Below, one piece after another: positions 19,413 to 30,886 of a stretch of 64,000 bases of DNA (positions are counted from its first letter, which is position 1; each line of letters starts with the position of its first letter). The position numbers and the translations under genes were made by a program. A model generated the notes under the pieces. It was not told the DNA's origin. It was given only the letters and a program-made list of their open reading frames with translations, and searched no databases. The stretch spans positions 256,001-320,000 of the forward strand of contig CAVWLW010000027.1 of NCBI GenBank assembly GCA_963755715.1, given 5' to 3'. The DNA is from an uncultured delta proteobacterium. GTDB taxonomy: Bacteria; Desulfobacterota; Binatia; UBA9968.

Positions 19413-20927
19413 TTATCTGACCGGCAGCGTGAATATGAACCTGCTGCCCCTGCCCAGCTCGCTTTCCACCCAAATTTTACCGCCGTGCAATTCGACGAAC
19501 TTCCGAGTGAGCGTCAATCCTAGTCCCGTGCCTTCGCGCTTCTGCGCGTAGTCGGTGCCCACCTGGCGAAATTCTTCGAAGATGGTTTCTTGGTCTTGTG
19601 GGGCAATGCCAATGCCGGTGTCGCTAACCGAGATCTCGACCACTCCGTCACTAGACACGGCATCGACGTCCACTCGTCCGCCTTCCGGCGTGAACTTCAC
19701 CGCATTGGAAAGTAGATTGAGCAGGATCTGCTTGATCTTTCTTTCGTCGCCGGTCAACTCGCCGAGACGCTCGTCGACGCTGTGATGGAGCCTGATGCCG
19801 TGACGGCTGGCGCGCTCGCGTATGAGAGTCAGCGCGTTGTCGATGGCCATAGGCAAGTCGAACTTGGTCAACTCCAGCTCCATGCGCCCAGCCTCGACCT
19901 TGGACAGATCGAGAATATCGTTGATCAGCGAAAGCAGATGGCGACCCGAGGAAAGGATGTCATCGGTGTACTCGGCTTGTTTTTCATTGAGCTCGCCGAA
20001 CATTCTCTCGCCCAAGACTTCAGAGAAACCGATGATGGCGTTGAGCGGCGTGCGCAGCTCATGCGACATGTTCGCGAGAAATTCCGACTTGTGGCGGTTG
20101 GCCATCTCGATCTGCCGGCTCTTTTCCTCGATCTCGCGAAACAGCCGCGCGTTCTGAATCGCCAGGGCGGATTGAGTCGCAAAGGTCTGAAGCAAGTTGA
20201 CGACTTCCGCAGAAAAACTGCCCGCCTCCTTGCGCCACACTGTCAACGCGCCCATGATCCGCTCCTCGCGGAGCAGTGGAACAGCCAGAACAGATCGATA
20301 GCCGAGGCGCGCAAGCATGGGCCGCACGCGGGTACCGGTATATTCGCGCTCCTCTAAAATGTCCGGCACTTGAACGGGCGCGCGGACGGTTGCCGTTTGC
20401 CCCGTCGCGCCTTGCCCCGGGCGGACCGGGGTCGTTTGCAGCCCCTCGACCACTTCCTTCTCTATCTGATAAGTGGCCCTGAGATGAAACTCCTGCGCAG
20501 CTTCGTCGTACTCGTAGATCACGCCGCCGCTGGTTCCGGAGAGCTGGACCGCGTGGCCAACAATGGCGCTGAGCACCGTCTGAAGATCGAGAGTAGAACT
20601 GACCGCTTGGCCGACTTCTCCGAGCGCTTTTAGTTCTCCCACTGATCGCGCCAGCTCGCGCGTCCGCGCTTCCAGTTCCTGGAACAGGCGCACGTTCTCG
20701 ATGGCGATGACCGCCTGGTCGGCGAAGGTTTCCAGAAGCTTCACATGCTTCTCTGAGAACGGGCGCACCTCCGTACGGCGAATATTGATCGTGCCGATGG
20801 GAATGCCTTCGCGAAGCAGCGGTGTGACGAGCATAGTGCGAGTGCCAGTAACTTTCTGACGTTCTTTCGACTCCGGATACTCAGTTTCAATTTCTGCCGC
20901 CAGGTCATGAACATGAACGGTCGCTCG
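19413..20927 (-). CDS. Multi-GAF sensor histidine kinase, 5'-truncated at the junction
   Basis: GAF motifs ([11 protein letters not shown]), H-box [27 protein letters not shown]; frame open back to about 20927 with no start codon. Confidence 0.92.
   Translation of the reverse strand, partial: RATVHVHDLAAEIETEYPESKERQKVTGTRTMLVTPLLREGIPIGTINIRRTEVRPFSEKHVKLLETFADQAVIAIENVRLFQELEARTRELARSVGELKALGEVGQAVSSTLDLQTVLSAIVGHAVQLSGTSGGVIYEYDEAAQEFHLRATYQIEKEVVEGLQTTPVRPGQGATGQTATVRAPVQVPDILEEREYTGTRVRPMLARLGYRSVLAVPLLREERIMGALTVWRKEAGSFSAEVVNLLQTFATQSALAIQNARLFREIEEKSRQIEMANRHKSEFLANMSHELRTPLNAIIGFSEVLGERMFGELNEKQAEYTDDILSSGRHLLSLINDILDLSKVEAGRMELELTKFDLPMAIDNALTLIRERASRHGIRLHHSVDERLGELTGDERKIKQILLNLLSNAVKFTPEGGRVDVDAVSSDGVVEISVSDTGIGIAPQDQETIFEEFRQVGTDYAQKREGTGLGLTLTRKFVELHGGKIWVESELGRGSRFIFTLPVR
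20921..20927. other. Abrupt junction between two compositionally different sequences
   Basis: Two 5'-truncated genes meet back-to-back sharing TCGCTCG; GC content and codon style shift abruptly. Confidence 0.85.
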
Positions 20928-21844
20928 CGGACTGGTGGTACGAGAGCACGCTCGAGTCGCCCGAGGACATCCGCCGCGTCCGCGAGCAGTACTTCTCGAG
21001 CGATGACCAGCTGATCACGCTCGCGATGGGCACCCGCGGGCCGGGCTTCTGCACGCCCGAGGTGGTGAAGCACGACTGGGAGCTCGCGCGCGACGTCGGC
21101 GCGCCAATCAGCGTCCACGTCGGGATGGGTCCGTATGCCGGGCGCTTCGCCATGGTCTCGCAGCTGAACGACATGGGGCTGCTCGGGCCGGACACCACGT
21201 ACATCCACTGCAACTACCTCTCTGACGAGGAGTTTCAGCTGATCGCGGACTCGGGCGGGAAGGTCTCGATCGCTCCCTCCGTGGAGATGATCATGGGGCA
21301 CGGGACGCCGCCGACTGGGAAGGCGCTCGCTCACGGGCTGCGGCCGAGCCTGAGCATCGACGTGGTCACGACCGTTCCGGGCGACATGTTCACGCAGATG
21401 CGGTTCCTGTTCGCCTCCGAGCGGCTGCTCGCCACGAGGCCGCGTTCGCGGCCGGGCAACGAGGAGGAGCCGGCGCTGCTCTCGTCGCGCGAGGTGCTCG
21501 AGTTCGCGACCATCGAGGGCGCGCGCGTGTGCGGGCTCGAGGACCGAACGGGATCGCTCACGCCTGGCAAGAAGGCGGACCTGGTGCTGATCCGCTGCGA
21601 CCACTCCAACACGTATCCGGTCATCGACCCTGTCTCGACCGTCGTGCACCAGGCCGACACCCGCAACATCGACACGGTCATAGTCGACGGCGGGATCCTC
21701 AAGCGGGACGGCCAGCTCGTGGACGGCGATCTCCGACGGGCGCGCGACCTCGCCGGGTCGGCTCTCAACTATCTACTCGAGCACACGGACGTCCAACCTG
21801 AGTGGGTGCAGAGTGCAACGGGGTCTCCTGCACACTCTCACTAA
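20921..21844 (+). CDS. Amidohydrolase (SsnA/cytosine deaminase-like), 5'-truncated
   Basis: SLADWWYES..., [32 protein letters not shown]; N-terminal HxH region absent. Confidence 0.88.
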   Translation, partial: SLADWWYESTLESPEDIRRVREQYFSSDDQLITLAMGTRGPGFCTPEVVKHDWELARDVGAPISVHVGMGPYAGRFAMVSQLNDMGLLGPDTTYIHCNYLSDEEFQLIADSGGKVSIAPSVEMIMGHGTPPTGKALAHGLRPSLSIDVVTTVPGDMFTQMRFLFASERLLATRPRSRPGNEEEPALLSSREVLEFATIEGARVCGLEDRTGSLTPGKKADLVLIRCDHSNTYPVIDPVSTVVHQADTRNIDTVIVDGGILKRDGQLVDGDLRRARDLAGSALNYLLEHTDVQPEWVQSATGSPAHSH

Positions 21845-21973
21845 ACGGGGTCTGACCTTTCGGGTCCAAAAGCGCCATTTGTTAACCGTCTACTTGACCA
21901 TTTGTTTACCAGTCATATACTCGCGCGGCCCGTCGAGGCGGGTGCGCGAGTCCCCACAAAGGAGGCCACGGAA

Positions 21974-22996
21974 GTGAAACAGGATCTCTCTCTCGACGAG
22001 GCGCCGTACGACCGCCGCGGTCGTCGTGATCGGCGGCCGTCGCCGCGGCTGTGATCGGCGTTACCGGCGCCGCGTCGCATACCGCGGCGAAGCCGAAGGT
22101 CGCGTACCTGTCGTTCGCGGTCGCGAACAGCTACGACGCGCCGATGCTCAGCCGCGGCCAAGAAGGTCGCCAAGGCGCACGGCGCCGGGAGCATCGCCGT
22201 CTTCGACGCGCACAACGACCCGAACAAGCAGCTCCAGCAGCTGCAGACGCTCGGTGCAGTCGAAGCAGTACAACGGGATCATCCTCCAGCCCATCTTCGG
22301 GCCGCAGCTCCTCTCGACTGTGAGGGCGGCGTTTAAGGCCGGCATCAAGGTCGTGAACATCGACCAGATCCTGGGGAACGAACCCGGGAACGGCGAGGCC
22401 TCCGCTCGCCGGCCTGTCGGGGAACGTCGTCTTCGTCCAGACCCAGATCGGCGCGTAAGCAGGGCGGCCTCGTCGTGAAGGCGTGCAAGAACAAGAACCC
22501 CTGCAAGGTCGGCTACATGTACTCGGTCAAGGTTTCCTCGCTCGACACCGCGATCAGGAAGGGCTTCGACGCGGTCACCAAGGGCCATCACATCCAGGTC
22601 GTCGCCGAGGGGCAGACGTTCTACACCCCGTCGGTCGCACTCCAGGCCGCGCAGACGATGCTCCAGGGTCACCCGGACATCAACCTGATCGTCGGGGCCG
22701 ACCAGGCCGCGACCGGCGCTGAGCAGGCGCTCAACGGCAAGAAGGTCACCCTCGTCGGGTACGGCGGCGGAGCCGTCGGCCTCAATCGCGTCAAGGCAGG
22801 CAAGTGGTACGGCACCGTCATGCAGCGGCCGGCGACCGAGGGCAAGCGCGGGATGCAGTGCCTGATCAAGGCGGTCAAGACCGGCAAGGCGAGCAAGGTC
22901 TGCAAGAAGGGCATCGACGTGCTCGCCAACCTGCCCAACGGCGGCGTCGTCGTGAAGGCGAACGCCAAGAAGTTCCACGCCGAGTGGCCCGGTTAG
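21974..22996 (+). CDS. Sugar ABC transporter substrate-binding protein (multiple frameshifts)
   Basis: GGAGG RBS; [34 protein letters not shown] across frames. Confidence 0.78.
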
Positions 22997-23007
22997 CATC
23001 CGGCCTC

Positions 23008-24533
23008 ATGGCCGTAGGCGAGCCTGAAGCTCCCTACCTCGAGCTCCTGGACGTCTCCAAGCACTTCGGAGGCGTCCAGGCGCTCGACTCCGTCTCGCTC
23101 GGGGTCCGCCGCGGTTCGATCCACGCGCTCGTCGGCGAGAACGGGGCGGGCAAGTCCACGCTCGGCAAGATCGTCGCCGGCGCGCTGAGCGCCGGACGGC
23201 GGCCGATGTTCTGCTCGAAGGGGAGCCGGTCGCGTTCGGGTCGCCGCGCGAGGCGCTCGAGCGCCAGGTGGCGGCAATCGCCCAGGAGCCGAACGTCGTC
23301 CCCCAGCTGACCGTCGCCGAGAACGTCCTGCTCGGCGCCGAGCCCCGCCGGGCCGGCTTCGTCCGGACGCGGGCGCTCAAGCGGCGCTATGCCCAGCTCG
23401 TCGAGGGGCAGGCTTCGACCTGCGCGGAGACGTGGCGGCCGAGGAGCTGGGGACCGCGGAGCAGCAGAAGGTCGAGATCCTCCGTGCGCTCTCGCGTGAC
23501 GCTCAGCTGATCGTCATGGACGAGCCGACCGCGTCGCTCGACGCGCGCGAGACGGGCCATCTCCACGACGATCGTGCGCGCGCTCGCGGCTTCGGGCACG
23601 ACGATCATCCTCATCTCGCACTTCCTCAAGGAGGTGCTCCAGCTCGCTGACACTGTCACGGTTCTTCGGGACGGCCGGCTGGTGAAGACGGCGCAGGCGG
23701 CGTCCGAGACCGAGGCCTCGCTGATCGAGGCGATGCTCGGGCGGCCGCTGACGGCGACGTTTCCGCCGAAGGCGCCGCCGCCGGCGGACGCTCCGGTCGC
23801 GCTCTCCGTGCGCGATCTGTACGGGCCCGGCGTCGAGGGAGTGAGCTTCGAGCTGCGCGCGGGCGAGATACTCGGGCTGGCCGGCCTCGTGGGCGCCGGG
23901 CGCACCGAGCTCGCGCGGACGATCTTCGGCGCGGCGCCGTCGGAAAAGGGGGAGGCCGTCCTGGCGACCGGCGAGCAGCTCGCCCGAAATCCGAGCCGGA
24001 GCCTCGACGCGGGCGTGGCGATGATCCCCGAGTCGCGGAAGGACGAGGGCCTCATCTTCGGCCGCTCGTCGATCGAGAACACGACGCTCCCGCGGCTCGA
24101 CTCGCTCAGCTTCCTCGGCGTCGTCCGCCGAAGGGCGGAGCGGAAGGCGGCGCGCAGCGTGCTCGAGCGGTCGCGGCGTGCACGGCGCGAGCTACGGAGC
24201 TCCGGTCGAGACGCTGTCCGGCGGCAACCAGCAGAAGGTGCTCCTCGCGCGGATGCTCCTCTGCGAACCGCGCGTCGTCATCGCCGACGAGCCGACGCGC
24301 GGCGTCGACATCGGCGCGAAGCGCGCGATCTACGACTTTCTCGTCGAGCTCGCCGCGGCGGGCATGGGGATCCTCCTCATCTCCTCCGAGGTCGAGGAGA
24401 TCATCGGCCTCGCCCACCGCGTGCTCGTCATGCGCCGGGGCCGCATGGTGGCCGAGCTCGAAGGCGACGGATCACCGAGAACCGCATCCTCGCCGCGGCG
24501 TTCGCCGACCAGTCTGCGGAAGCCGCTGCATGA
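23008..24533 (+). CDS. Sugar ABC transporter ATP-binding protein (RbsA/MglA-like; frameshifted)
   Basis: [43 protein letters not shown]. Confidence 0.88.
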
Positions 24534-25621
24534 CGTCCGACGCCTCGCCGATGCGGCGTTGGATGACGCGCGAGCAGATGCGCTCGACGGGCGTGCGCTT
24601 CCTCCGCCGCGGCGGGATCATCATTCCGTTCCTCGCGCTCTTCCTCACGCTCTCGCTGGTCAGCGAGCCGTTCGCGACGAAGGGCAACCTCCTCCAGATC
24701 CTCGACCAGCAGTCGGCGACCCTGATCATCGCCGCGGCCGGGACGCTCGTGCTCGTCGCCGGCGGGATAGACCTCTCGGTCGGCGCGGTCTACGGGTTCG
24801 CCGCGGTCACCGCCGGGAACTTCGCGCCCCACCACAGCGCCGGCTTCGCGATCGTGGCGGGGATCGGCGCCGGCCTGCTCGTCGGGCTGCTCAACGGAAT
24901 CGTCGTCACCGTCCTCCGGATCAACTCGCTGATCGCGACGCTGGCGATGGCCTTCATCATCAACGGCTGCTCGTCGATCGTCGCGGGTGGGAACCTGCTC
25001 GTGTTCTTCGACAAGACCGCGTTCCAGGACTTCGCGCAGACCGAGTTCCTCGGCGTCAGGACCTCGATCTGGACGATGCTCGCCGCCGTGGTCGCCCTCG
25101 GGCTGCTGCTTGCGACGACGAAGTGGGGGAGATACATGTACGCGGCCGGAGGGAACCCTGAGGCGGCCCGCCTGGCCGGCGTACGCGTCGACCGGATCCG
25201 CATCCTCACGTTCGCGATCAGCGGTATGGCCGCGGGCCTCGCCGGCGTGATCGACACCGCGAAGGTGCTGACGGCGCAGGCCACCACCAACGACACGCTG
25301 ACCTTCACTGTCCTGGCCGCGATCGTCGTCGGGGGGACGAGCATCCTCGGGGGCGAGGGTGCGGTGTGGCGGTCTGTCGTCGGCGTGCTCTTCATCGCGC
25401 TGATCGGCAACGGCTACGTGCTGCTGGCGCTCGACCCGCTGTACCAGCAGATCACCCTCGGCGTGCTGCTGCTCGCAGCGGTCGCCCTGGACGCGTTCGC
25501 GCGGGGCCTGCTGCGGCCGGGAGCGGCGATCAAGCAGCTTTTGGCGACGCCGTTCACGCGCACCGTAGATCGACTAGCGTTCACCCTGACTGAACGAGAC
25601 GAGAGGAGCTTCCGATGCTGA
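24530..25621 (+). CDS. Sugar ABC transporter permease (RbsC-like)
   Basis: [31 protein letters not shown]. Confidence 0.92.
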   Translation: MTSDASPMRRWMTREQMRSTGVRFLRRGGIIIPFLALFLTLSLVSEPFATKGNLLQILDQQSATLIIAAAGTLVLVAGGIDLSVGAVYGFAAVTAGNFAPHHSAGFAIVAGIGAGLLVGLLNGIVVTVLRINSLIATLAMAFIINGCSSIVAGGNLLVFFDKTAFQDFAQTEFLGVRTSIWTMLAAVVALGLLLATTKWGRYMYAAGGNPEAARLAGVRVDRIRILTFAISGMAAGLAGVIDTAKVLTAQATTNDTLTFTVLAAIVVGGTSILGGEGAVWRSVVGVLFIALIGNGYVLLALDPLYQQITLGVLLLAAVALDAFARGLLRPGAAIKQLLATPFTRTVDRLAFTLTERDERSFRC

Positions 25622-26823
25622 CGGCAACGAAGGACAGGATTCTTCCGACCACCGTGACCGGCTCGTGGCCGCGTCCCACCTGGTACACGGCCGAGCTGCG
25701 CGGCAGGCCGTTCTCGGACGCGATGACCGATCTCCAGTTCCGCGAGCAGTTCACCGACGCTGTCGCGGCGGTCGTCAACGACCAGGAGCGCGCCGGGCTC
25801 GACATCGTCACGAACGGCGACTACCACCTGGACGCCGATCACGCCGGCCGCTCGTGGTTCATCTACCCGACCGAGCGCCTCGACGGGCATGTCGGAGCAC
25901 TCGCTCTCGTACACGAACCCGATGTGGTCGTACCCGGTCGGCACGTGGCTGAACGAGATCGTCGGCGGCTGGAAGTTCCCGCTCGTGGTCGGCAAGGTCG
26001 GCCCGAGGATCCCGCTCGAGTTCGCCAAGATCTGGCGCGTCGCCCAGGCGCGCGCCGAACGCCGGTCAAGTTCGGGACGATCTCCGCCGACCTCGCTTCC
26101 GCCGTCCTCGAAGTCGGCACCGACGTCTACGACGACGACAAGAAGCAGCTGATGTGGGACATCGCGGAGATCATCAACGCCGATCTGCGCGAGCTCGCGG
26201 CCGCCGGCTGCAAGGTGATCCAGGTCGAGGAGCCGGCGATCCACAGCTCCGCCGCGTACGGCGCCGACTCGGACACGCTCGACTTCCTCGTCGACCTCTT
26301 CAACCGCCACGTCGAGGGCCTCGACGACGTCGAGGTCTGGGTGCACACGTGCTGGGGCAACCCCGGCGCGCAGCACTGCTTCGACCCGAACATCTCGTAC
26401 GAGAACTCGATCGACATCTACCTCAACCGGCTGAACGCGGACGTGTGGACGATCGAGTCGAAGGACGCCGGCCACAAGCCGCTCGAGCTGTTCGAGCCGT
26501 ACAAGGGCCAGCTGGCGAAGAAGGTCGCGGTCGGCTTCATCAGCCACCGGACGCTCTCGATCGAGTCGCCCGAGGAGATCGCCGGCGACGTCCGCCGCGC
26601 GCTCGAGTACATCGACGCGGAGCACCTCGTCCTCTCGTCCGACTGCGGGTTCGGCCGCCAGGGCGTCCCGCGCCCGGTCGCCTACTACAAGGCGGCCGCG
26701 CTGGCGCTCAGGGGCGAACATCGTCCGCGGCGAGCTCGGGGCCGAGGAGAGCGAGGTCATCGCGGCCGATCCGTCGGCCTGCAGGTCGACATCCCGGAAG
26801 GCGCGCCCGCGCTCGTCAGCTGA
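25615..26823 (+). CDS. Single-barrel cobalamin-independent methionine synthase II (MetE-like) family protein, with compensating frameshifts
   Basis: TTVTGSWPRP, GLDIVTNGD, IQVEEP, Zn ligands HTCWGN / IES / SSDCGFG. Confidence 0.85.
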   Translation: MLTATKDRILPTTVTGSWPRPTWYTAELRGRPFSDAMTDLQFREQFTDAVAAVVNDQERAGLDIVTNGDYHLDADHAGRSWFIYPTERLDGHVGALALVHEPDVVVPGRHVAERDRRRLEVPARGRQGRPEDPARVRQDLARRPGARRTPVKFGTISADLASAVLEVGTDVYDDDKKQLMWDIAEIINADLRELAAAGCKVIQVEEPAIHSSAAYGADSDTLDFLVDLFNRHVEGLDDVEVWVHTCWGNPGAQHCFDPNISYENSIDIYLNRLNADVWTIESKDAGHKPLELFEPYKGQLAKKVAVGFISHRTLSIESPEEIAGDVRRALEYIDAEHLVLSSDCGFGRQGVPRPVAYYKAAALALRGEHRPRRARGRGERGHRGRSVGLQVDIPEGAPALVS

Positions 26824-26848
26824 GCTCCGCCTGTAACGAAATCTTTAC

Positions 26849-26870
26849 GCCGCCCGGGAAACCGGGCGGC
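26849..26870 (+). terminator. GC hairpin after the MetE-like gene
   Basis: GCCGCCCGG-GAAA-CCGGGCGGC; no U tract. Confidence 0.45.
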
Positions 26871-26917
26871 TGCATGTCTCCGTATCGCGGAGACAACCGA
26901 CGAAAGGGGAACGAGTC

Positions 26918-27289
26918 GTGCGACGTAGCTTGCTTGCATTCGGTGTTGCCGCGATCGTCCTTGCGCTCGCCGGCACCGGCACATCGGCGACCGCGAAGGA
27001 CCGCTTCCAGCTGAAGGGCGAGGTCTACGGAAACTCGCTCTTCAAGATCGAGATGAAGAACGCCGCCGGCCGTCCGCTGAAGACGGTCAAGCGCGGCACG
27101 TATCGGATCAAGATCGAGGACAAGGCCACGATCCACAACTTCCGCCTGAAGGGGCCGGGCGTCAACAAGGCGACGTCCGTCGGCGCGCGTGCCGAGACGA
27201 TCTGGACGGTTCGCCTCCGCCCCGGGAAGTACACGTTCAAGTGCGACCCGCACGCATCCACGATGCGCGGGTCGTTCCGCGTGACCTAA
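26918..27289 (+). CDS. Secreted cupredoxin (plastocyanin/azurin-like)
   Basis: Signal peptide; HN ... CDPHASTM type-1 copper ligand set. Confidence 0.82.
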   Translation: MRRSLLAFGVAAIVLALAGTGTSATAKDRFQLKGEVYGNSLFKIEMKNAAGRPLKTVKRGTYRIKIEDKATIHNFRLKGPGVNKATSVGARAETIWTVRLRPGKYTFKCDPHASTMRGSFRVT

Positions 27290-27296
27290 CCAGCCC

Positions 27297-27889
27297 TTAG
27301 GGGCGCCTGCCGGGCGGCGTCAGCTGTGCGAGCCGCCGCCCGGCGGCGGAGTCGGCGATCAACTGCTCGAGGCGGCGCGCACGCGTCTCCTCGCGTTTCG
27401 CGCTGACGACCCAGAAGATCGCCGTCTTCCGGTAGGACGGCGGCTGTTTCTGGAAGAACTCCCACGCCGCCGGGTCTGTCGCGAAATCGCTCCTCCTGCT
27501 CGGGCTCGAGTCGCGCCGAGTGTCGCTGCTCGAATGAATAGATTCCGGTGCGCTCCGGCGAGCGCGCCTCGTACGCGGCGAGGCCGGCCGGCCTCATCCG
27601 ACCCTCGGCGATCAACTCCTCGACGTGCCGGACGTTCCGGTCGCTCCAGATGCTGCGCGGCCGGCGCGGCGTGAAGCGGATGGTGTAGCTCTCCTCGCCG
27701 AGGCTGCGGCGGATGCCGTCGATCCAGCCGAAGCAGAGCGCCTCGTCGTACGGACTCCGTCCACGTCATAGTCGGACGCCCGGTGCTCTTCTTGTGGAAG
27801 CCGACGACGAGCTCGTCCGCGGTCGCGTGGTGCTCCTCGAGCCACGCGCGGAACTCCGCGGGCGTGGCGAAGAAACGAGCCTGGCTCAT
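27297..27889 (-). CDS. YdeI/OmpD-associated family protein (frameshifted)
   Basis: FFATPAEFRAWL, ALCFGWIDG, RFTPRR, WVVSAKREETR. Confidence 0.82.
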
Positions 27890-28840
27890 TAGCCGAACGT
27901 GAAGCAATAAGCCTCGGCGCCGGGGGCGAGGAACTCGATCTCGAACGTGCGGTCCTCGATCGATCCCGGCTCGCGGATCAGCTGGTGGAGCCGCTGCTCG
28001 CAGCGTCCCGTTCCCCGCCTCGTCCACGTCGAAGCCGCGCGCGTCTCCGGGCGGCTCGCCGTCGAGGCGCACATGGAAGGGGACGGACGCGCCCCGCTCA
28101 CGCGGGCCCATGACGAGGTTGACGTCGCGCGCATGGAAGCGGTAGGCGACGCGTCCGCCTGCGGTCGTTCGACACGCTCAGCCCGCTCTCGATCGTCCAG
28201 TCCCCGGCGAGGGCCCACTGATTGCGCTCGAGGCGGTCGGGCGTGGCGTACGTTCGCGCCTCGTCGCGCTCCGCGCCGTCCGTGGAAGCGAAGTTCCGGC
28301 CCTGCTGGTAGCCGAGGTACGTCTCCGGGGACTCCAGGTTCTCCCAGTCGGCCTGGACCTCGAAGCCGGTCGGAGAGACGGAGACGAGGTCGTCCCCGAC
28401 GTCGCGCCCGCTCTCGCGCAGCAGCTTCTGGATGACGCGCTCGCACTCGTCGTAGCGGCCTTCGCCGAACTGCTGGTGCTGGATCTCGCCCTGCGCGTCC
28501 GCGACGTAGACCGCGGGCCAGTAGTGGTTGGAGAACGCCTCCCAGACCGCGTAGTCGCTGTCGATCGCGACCGGATACGTCACGTTCATCTCCTGCACGG
28601 CCGCGCGGATGTTGTCCACGTCGCGCTCGAACGGAAACTCGGGCGTGTGGACGCCGACGACAACGAGCCCCTGGTCCTTGTACGTGTCGGCCCACGCGCG
28701 CACCCAGGCGAGCGTCCGCAGCCAGTTGATGCAGGTGTACGTCCAGAAGTCGGTGAGGACGACCTTCCCCTCCAGGTCGGCAGCTGTGAGCGGCGGCGAG
28801 TTAGCCAGCCGGTCGCCCCGTCGTAGCCCGGCAGCTTCAT
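27889..28840 (-). CDS. DipZ C-terminal-like thioredoxin/redoxin protein (frameshifted)
   Basis: GATGWL, DFWTYTCINWLR, GVHTPEFPFE, NHYWPA, SPETYLGY, AYCFTFG. Confidence 0.85.
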
Positions 28841-28844
28841 CGTC

Positions 28845-29477
28845 TCAATTGCTTCTGCCGAAGAGGGAGAGGAAGAGGAGGAACACTTAAGGAGTCCAGG
28901 AAGATCGAAGCGGCGAGTAGGGGGCGGCTCTGATGTCCTTCGCGCGGCGCAGGCGCTGAAGTCGTAGGCCGTCAGGCCGGCGAAGATCACCAGCCCGTCG
29001 ATCGCGTGGACCAACGAAGATCGCGACGATCCCGAAGATGATCAGCCCGATCAGCGCCCAGAAGAGCGCGCGAGCGAGCGGCGCGAGATCGCGGCGAGTC
29101 GCGTATCCGGCCGCCCCGAAGCCGGCGATGAAGAGCGCCGTCGCCCCGCCGGCCTGCCAGACGACCTTCGGGTTGGTGCTCGCGTAGTACGCGATCGTCG
29201 GCGCCGTGGCGAAGCCGATGAGCGCGCCGAACGCGAACAACAGTCCGATCGCCAGCCCCTCGGACCGCTGCGCCGCGAAGTTGAGTGCGATCAGGCACGC
29301 CAGCGCCGGCAGGAACAAGGCCCAGCCCCAGCCGTACGAGAGGTCGCGGCCGAGATATGCGCCGAGCGCGAAGAGCCCGGCCGTGGCGGCGACCAGCCCG
29401 AACGTCTGCCCGACGAGGGTCCCGGTCTCGTCCCGCGTAAGCGCGGGCTGAACGGTTGCGGTGCTCGACTCCGTCAT
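28845..29477 (-). CDS. Bax inhibitor-1/YccA family membrane protein (disrupted near 29010)
   Basis: Multi-TM; QAGGATALF, GYATRRDL, DFQRLRR, AASIFLD. Confidence 0.78.
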
Positions 29478-30664
29478 CGCAGCGTGCTGAAGGCCGCGCG
29501 TACCTCCTCGGAGAAGATCTGCGGCTCCTCCCAGGCTGCGAAGTGTCCGCCCTTCTCGGCCTCGTTGAAGTAGACGACGTTGGGGTACGACTCGTCGACC
29601 CAGCTACGCGGGCTCCGCCAGATCTCGTCGGGGAACGTCGTGAAGCCGGCCGGCAGGTTGACCGGCGGGGGCGGGTTGGTGGCCGCCTGAGCTCCGAATC
29701 GCCCGTTCTCCCAATACGAGCGCGCCGCCGAGGCCCCGGTGCCCGTCATCCAGTACAGCGTGATGTTGTCGAGGATGTGATCGCGGGTAAGGCCGCCGGT
29801 CGGCTCTCCGTCGACGAAGGCACGGGCGATCTTCACGTAGGAGTCCGTGTCGTGGTCGAGCAGCCAGGCCGCCAGGGCCACGGGAGAATCGAGCTGCGCG
29901 TAGCCGATCGTCTGCGGCCGCGTGGCCATCTCGAGGAAGTAGGCGAACCCGTCGGCCCTGAAGACATCGAGCTGGGCGGTCGCCGCCTTCTCCTCCTCGG
30001 TCTCTGCCGGCAGTCGGGCGGCCAGGACAGTGACGAGCAGGTTCGTGTGGATCCCGAGCAGACCCTCGGGCGCCTGGCGTCCCATCTGGTCTGTGACGGA
30101 GGCGCCCACGTCGCCGCCCTGAGCTACGTAGCGGGTGTAGCCAAGGCGGCGCATCAGCTCCGCCCATGCGCCTGCGATGCGGCCCACGTTCCAGCCGAGC
30201 TCTCTCGGCTCGCTCGAGAAGCCGTAGCCGGGCAGCGACGGGATCACGAGGTCGAACGCGTCCTCGGCGCTCCCGCCGTGCGCGGTCGGATCGGTCAGCG
30301 GCCCGACGACGTCGAGGAGCTCGATGACCGACCCGGGCCACCCGTGCGTGACGATCAGCGGCAGCGCGTTCTCGTGTGGAGACTTGACGTGGATGAAGTG
30401 GACGTCGACCCCGTCGATCTCGGTCGTGAACTGCGGGTGGACGTTCAGTCTCGCTGCGACCCGGCCGACGTCGTACTCGGTGTCCCAATAGCGGGCGAGC
30501 TCCTGAATCGTCGCGAGCTGCACGCCCTGCGAGCGGTCTTCCACGAGCTCCTTGGTGGGCAAGCGGGCCGTGGACAGGCGGTTGCGGAGCTCGGCGAGCT
30601 CCTCTTCTGGAAAGTCGACCTGGAAAGGATGGATCTCGGTCGCGGTATCGGCAGTGCTGCTCAT
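29474..30664 (-). CDS. Epoxide hydrolase (EHN/microsomal type)
   Basis: HGWPGS, PSLPGYGFS, QGGDVG, GGHFAAWEEP. Confidence 0.95.
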   Translation of the reverse strand: MSSTADTATEIHPFQVDFPEEELAELRNRLSTARLPTKELVEDRSQGVQLATIQELARYWDTEYDVGRVAARLNVHPQFTTEIDGVDVHFIHVKSPHENALPLIVTHGWPGSVIELLDVVGPLTDPTAHGGSAEDAFDLVIPSLPGYGFSSEPRELGWNVGRIAGAWAELMRRLGYTRYVAQGGDVGASVTDQMGRQAPEGLLGIHTNLLVTVLAARLPAETEEEKAATAQLDVFRADGFAYFLEMATRPQTIGYAQLDSPVALAAWLLDHDTDSYVKIARAFVDGEPTGGLTRDHILDNITLYWMTGTGASAARSYWENGRFGAQAATNPPPPVNLPAGFTTFPDEIWRSPRSWVDESYPNVVYFNEAEKGGHFAAWEEPQIFSEEVRAAFSTLR

Positions 30665-30768
30665 GATGAACTCCTTTCATCGCGCAGCGGCCTGAAGGCG
30701 GCGCGCATCTGAGTCATGAAGATCTCGTGGTCGAGGTCGACTTGGATGGAACGGATCTCGGTTGCCAT
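30661..30768 (-). CDS. 35-aa mini-ORF resembling fused N- and C-termini of an epoxide hydrolase
   Basis: AGGAGG RBS; MATEIRSIQVDLDHEIFMTQMRAAFRPLRDERSSS*; ATGA overlap with the hydrolase start. Confidence 0.6.
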   Translation of the reverse strand: MATEIRSIQVDLDHEIFMTQMRAAFRPLRDERSSS

Positions 30769-30886
30769 CTCGAGCCTCCTCAGTCGTCTAGAGGACGCAG
30801 CGAAGATCCGAGGATGACTCTCTCATAGCGGTGGCCATCGGTCAACGCCGTTCAGGAGCTACTTGTGCCACGGTAGTACCGTCTAC

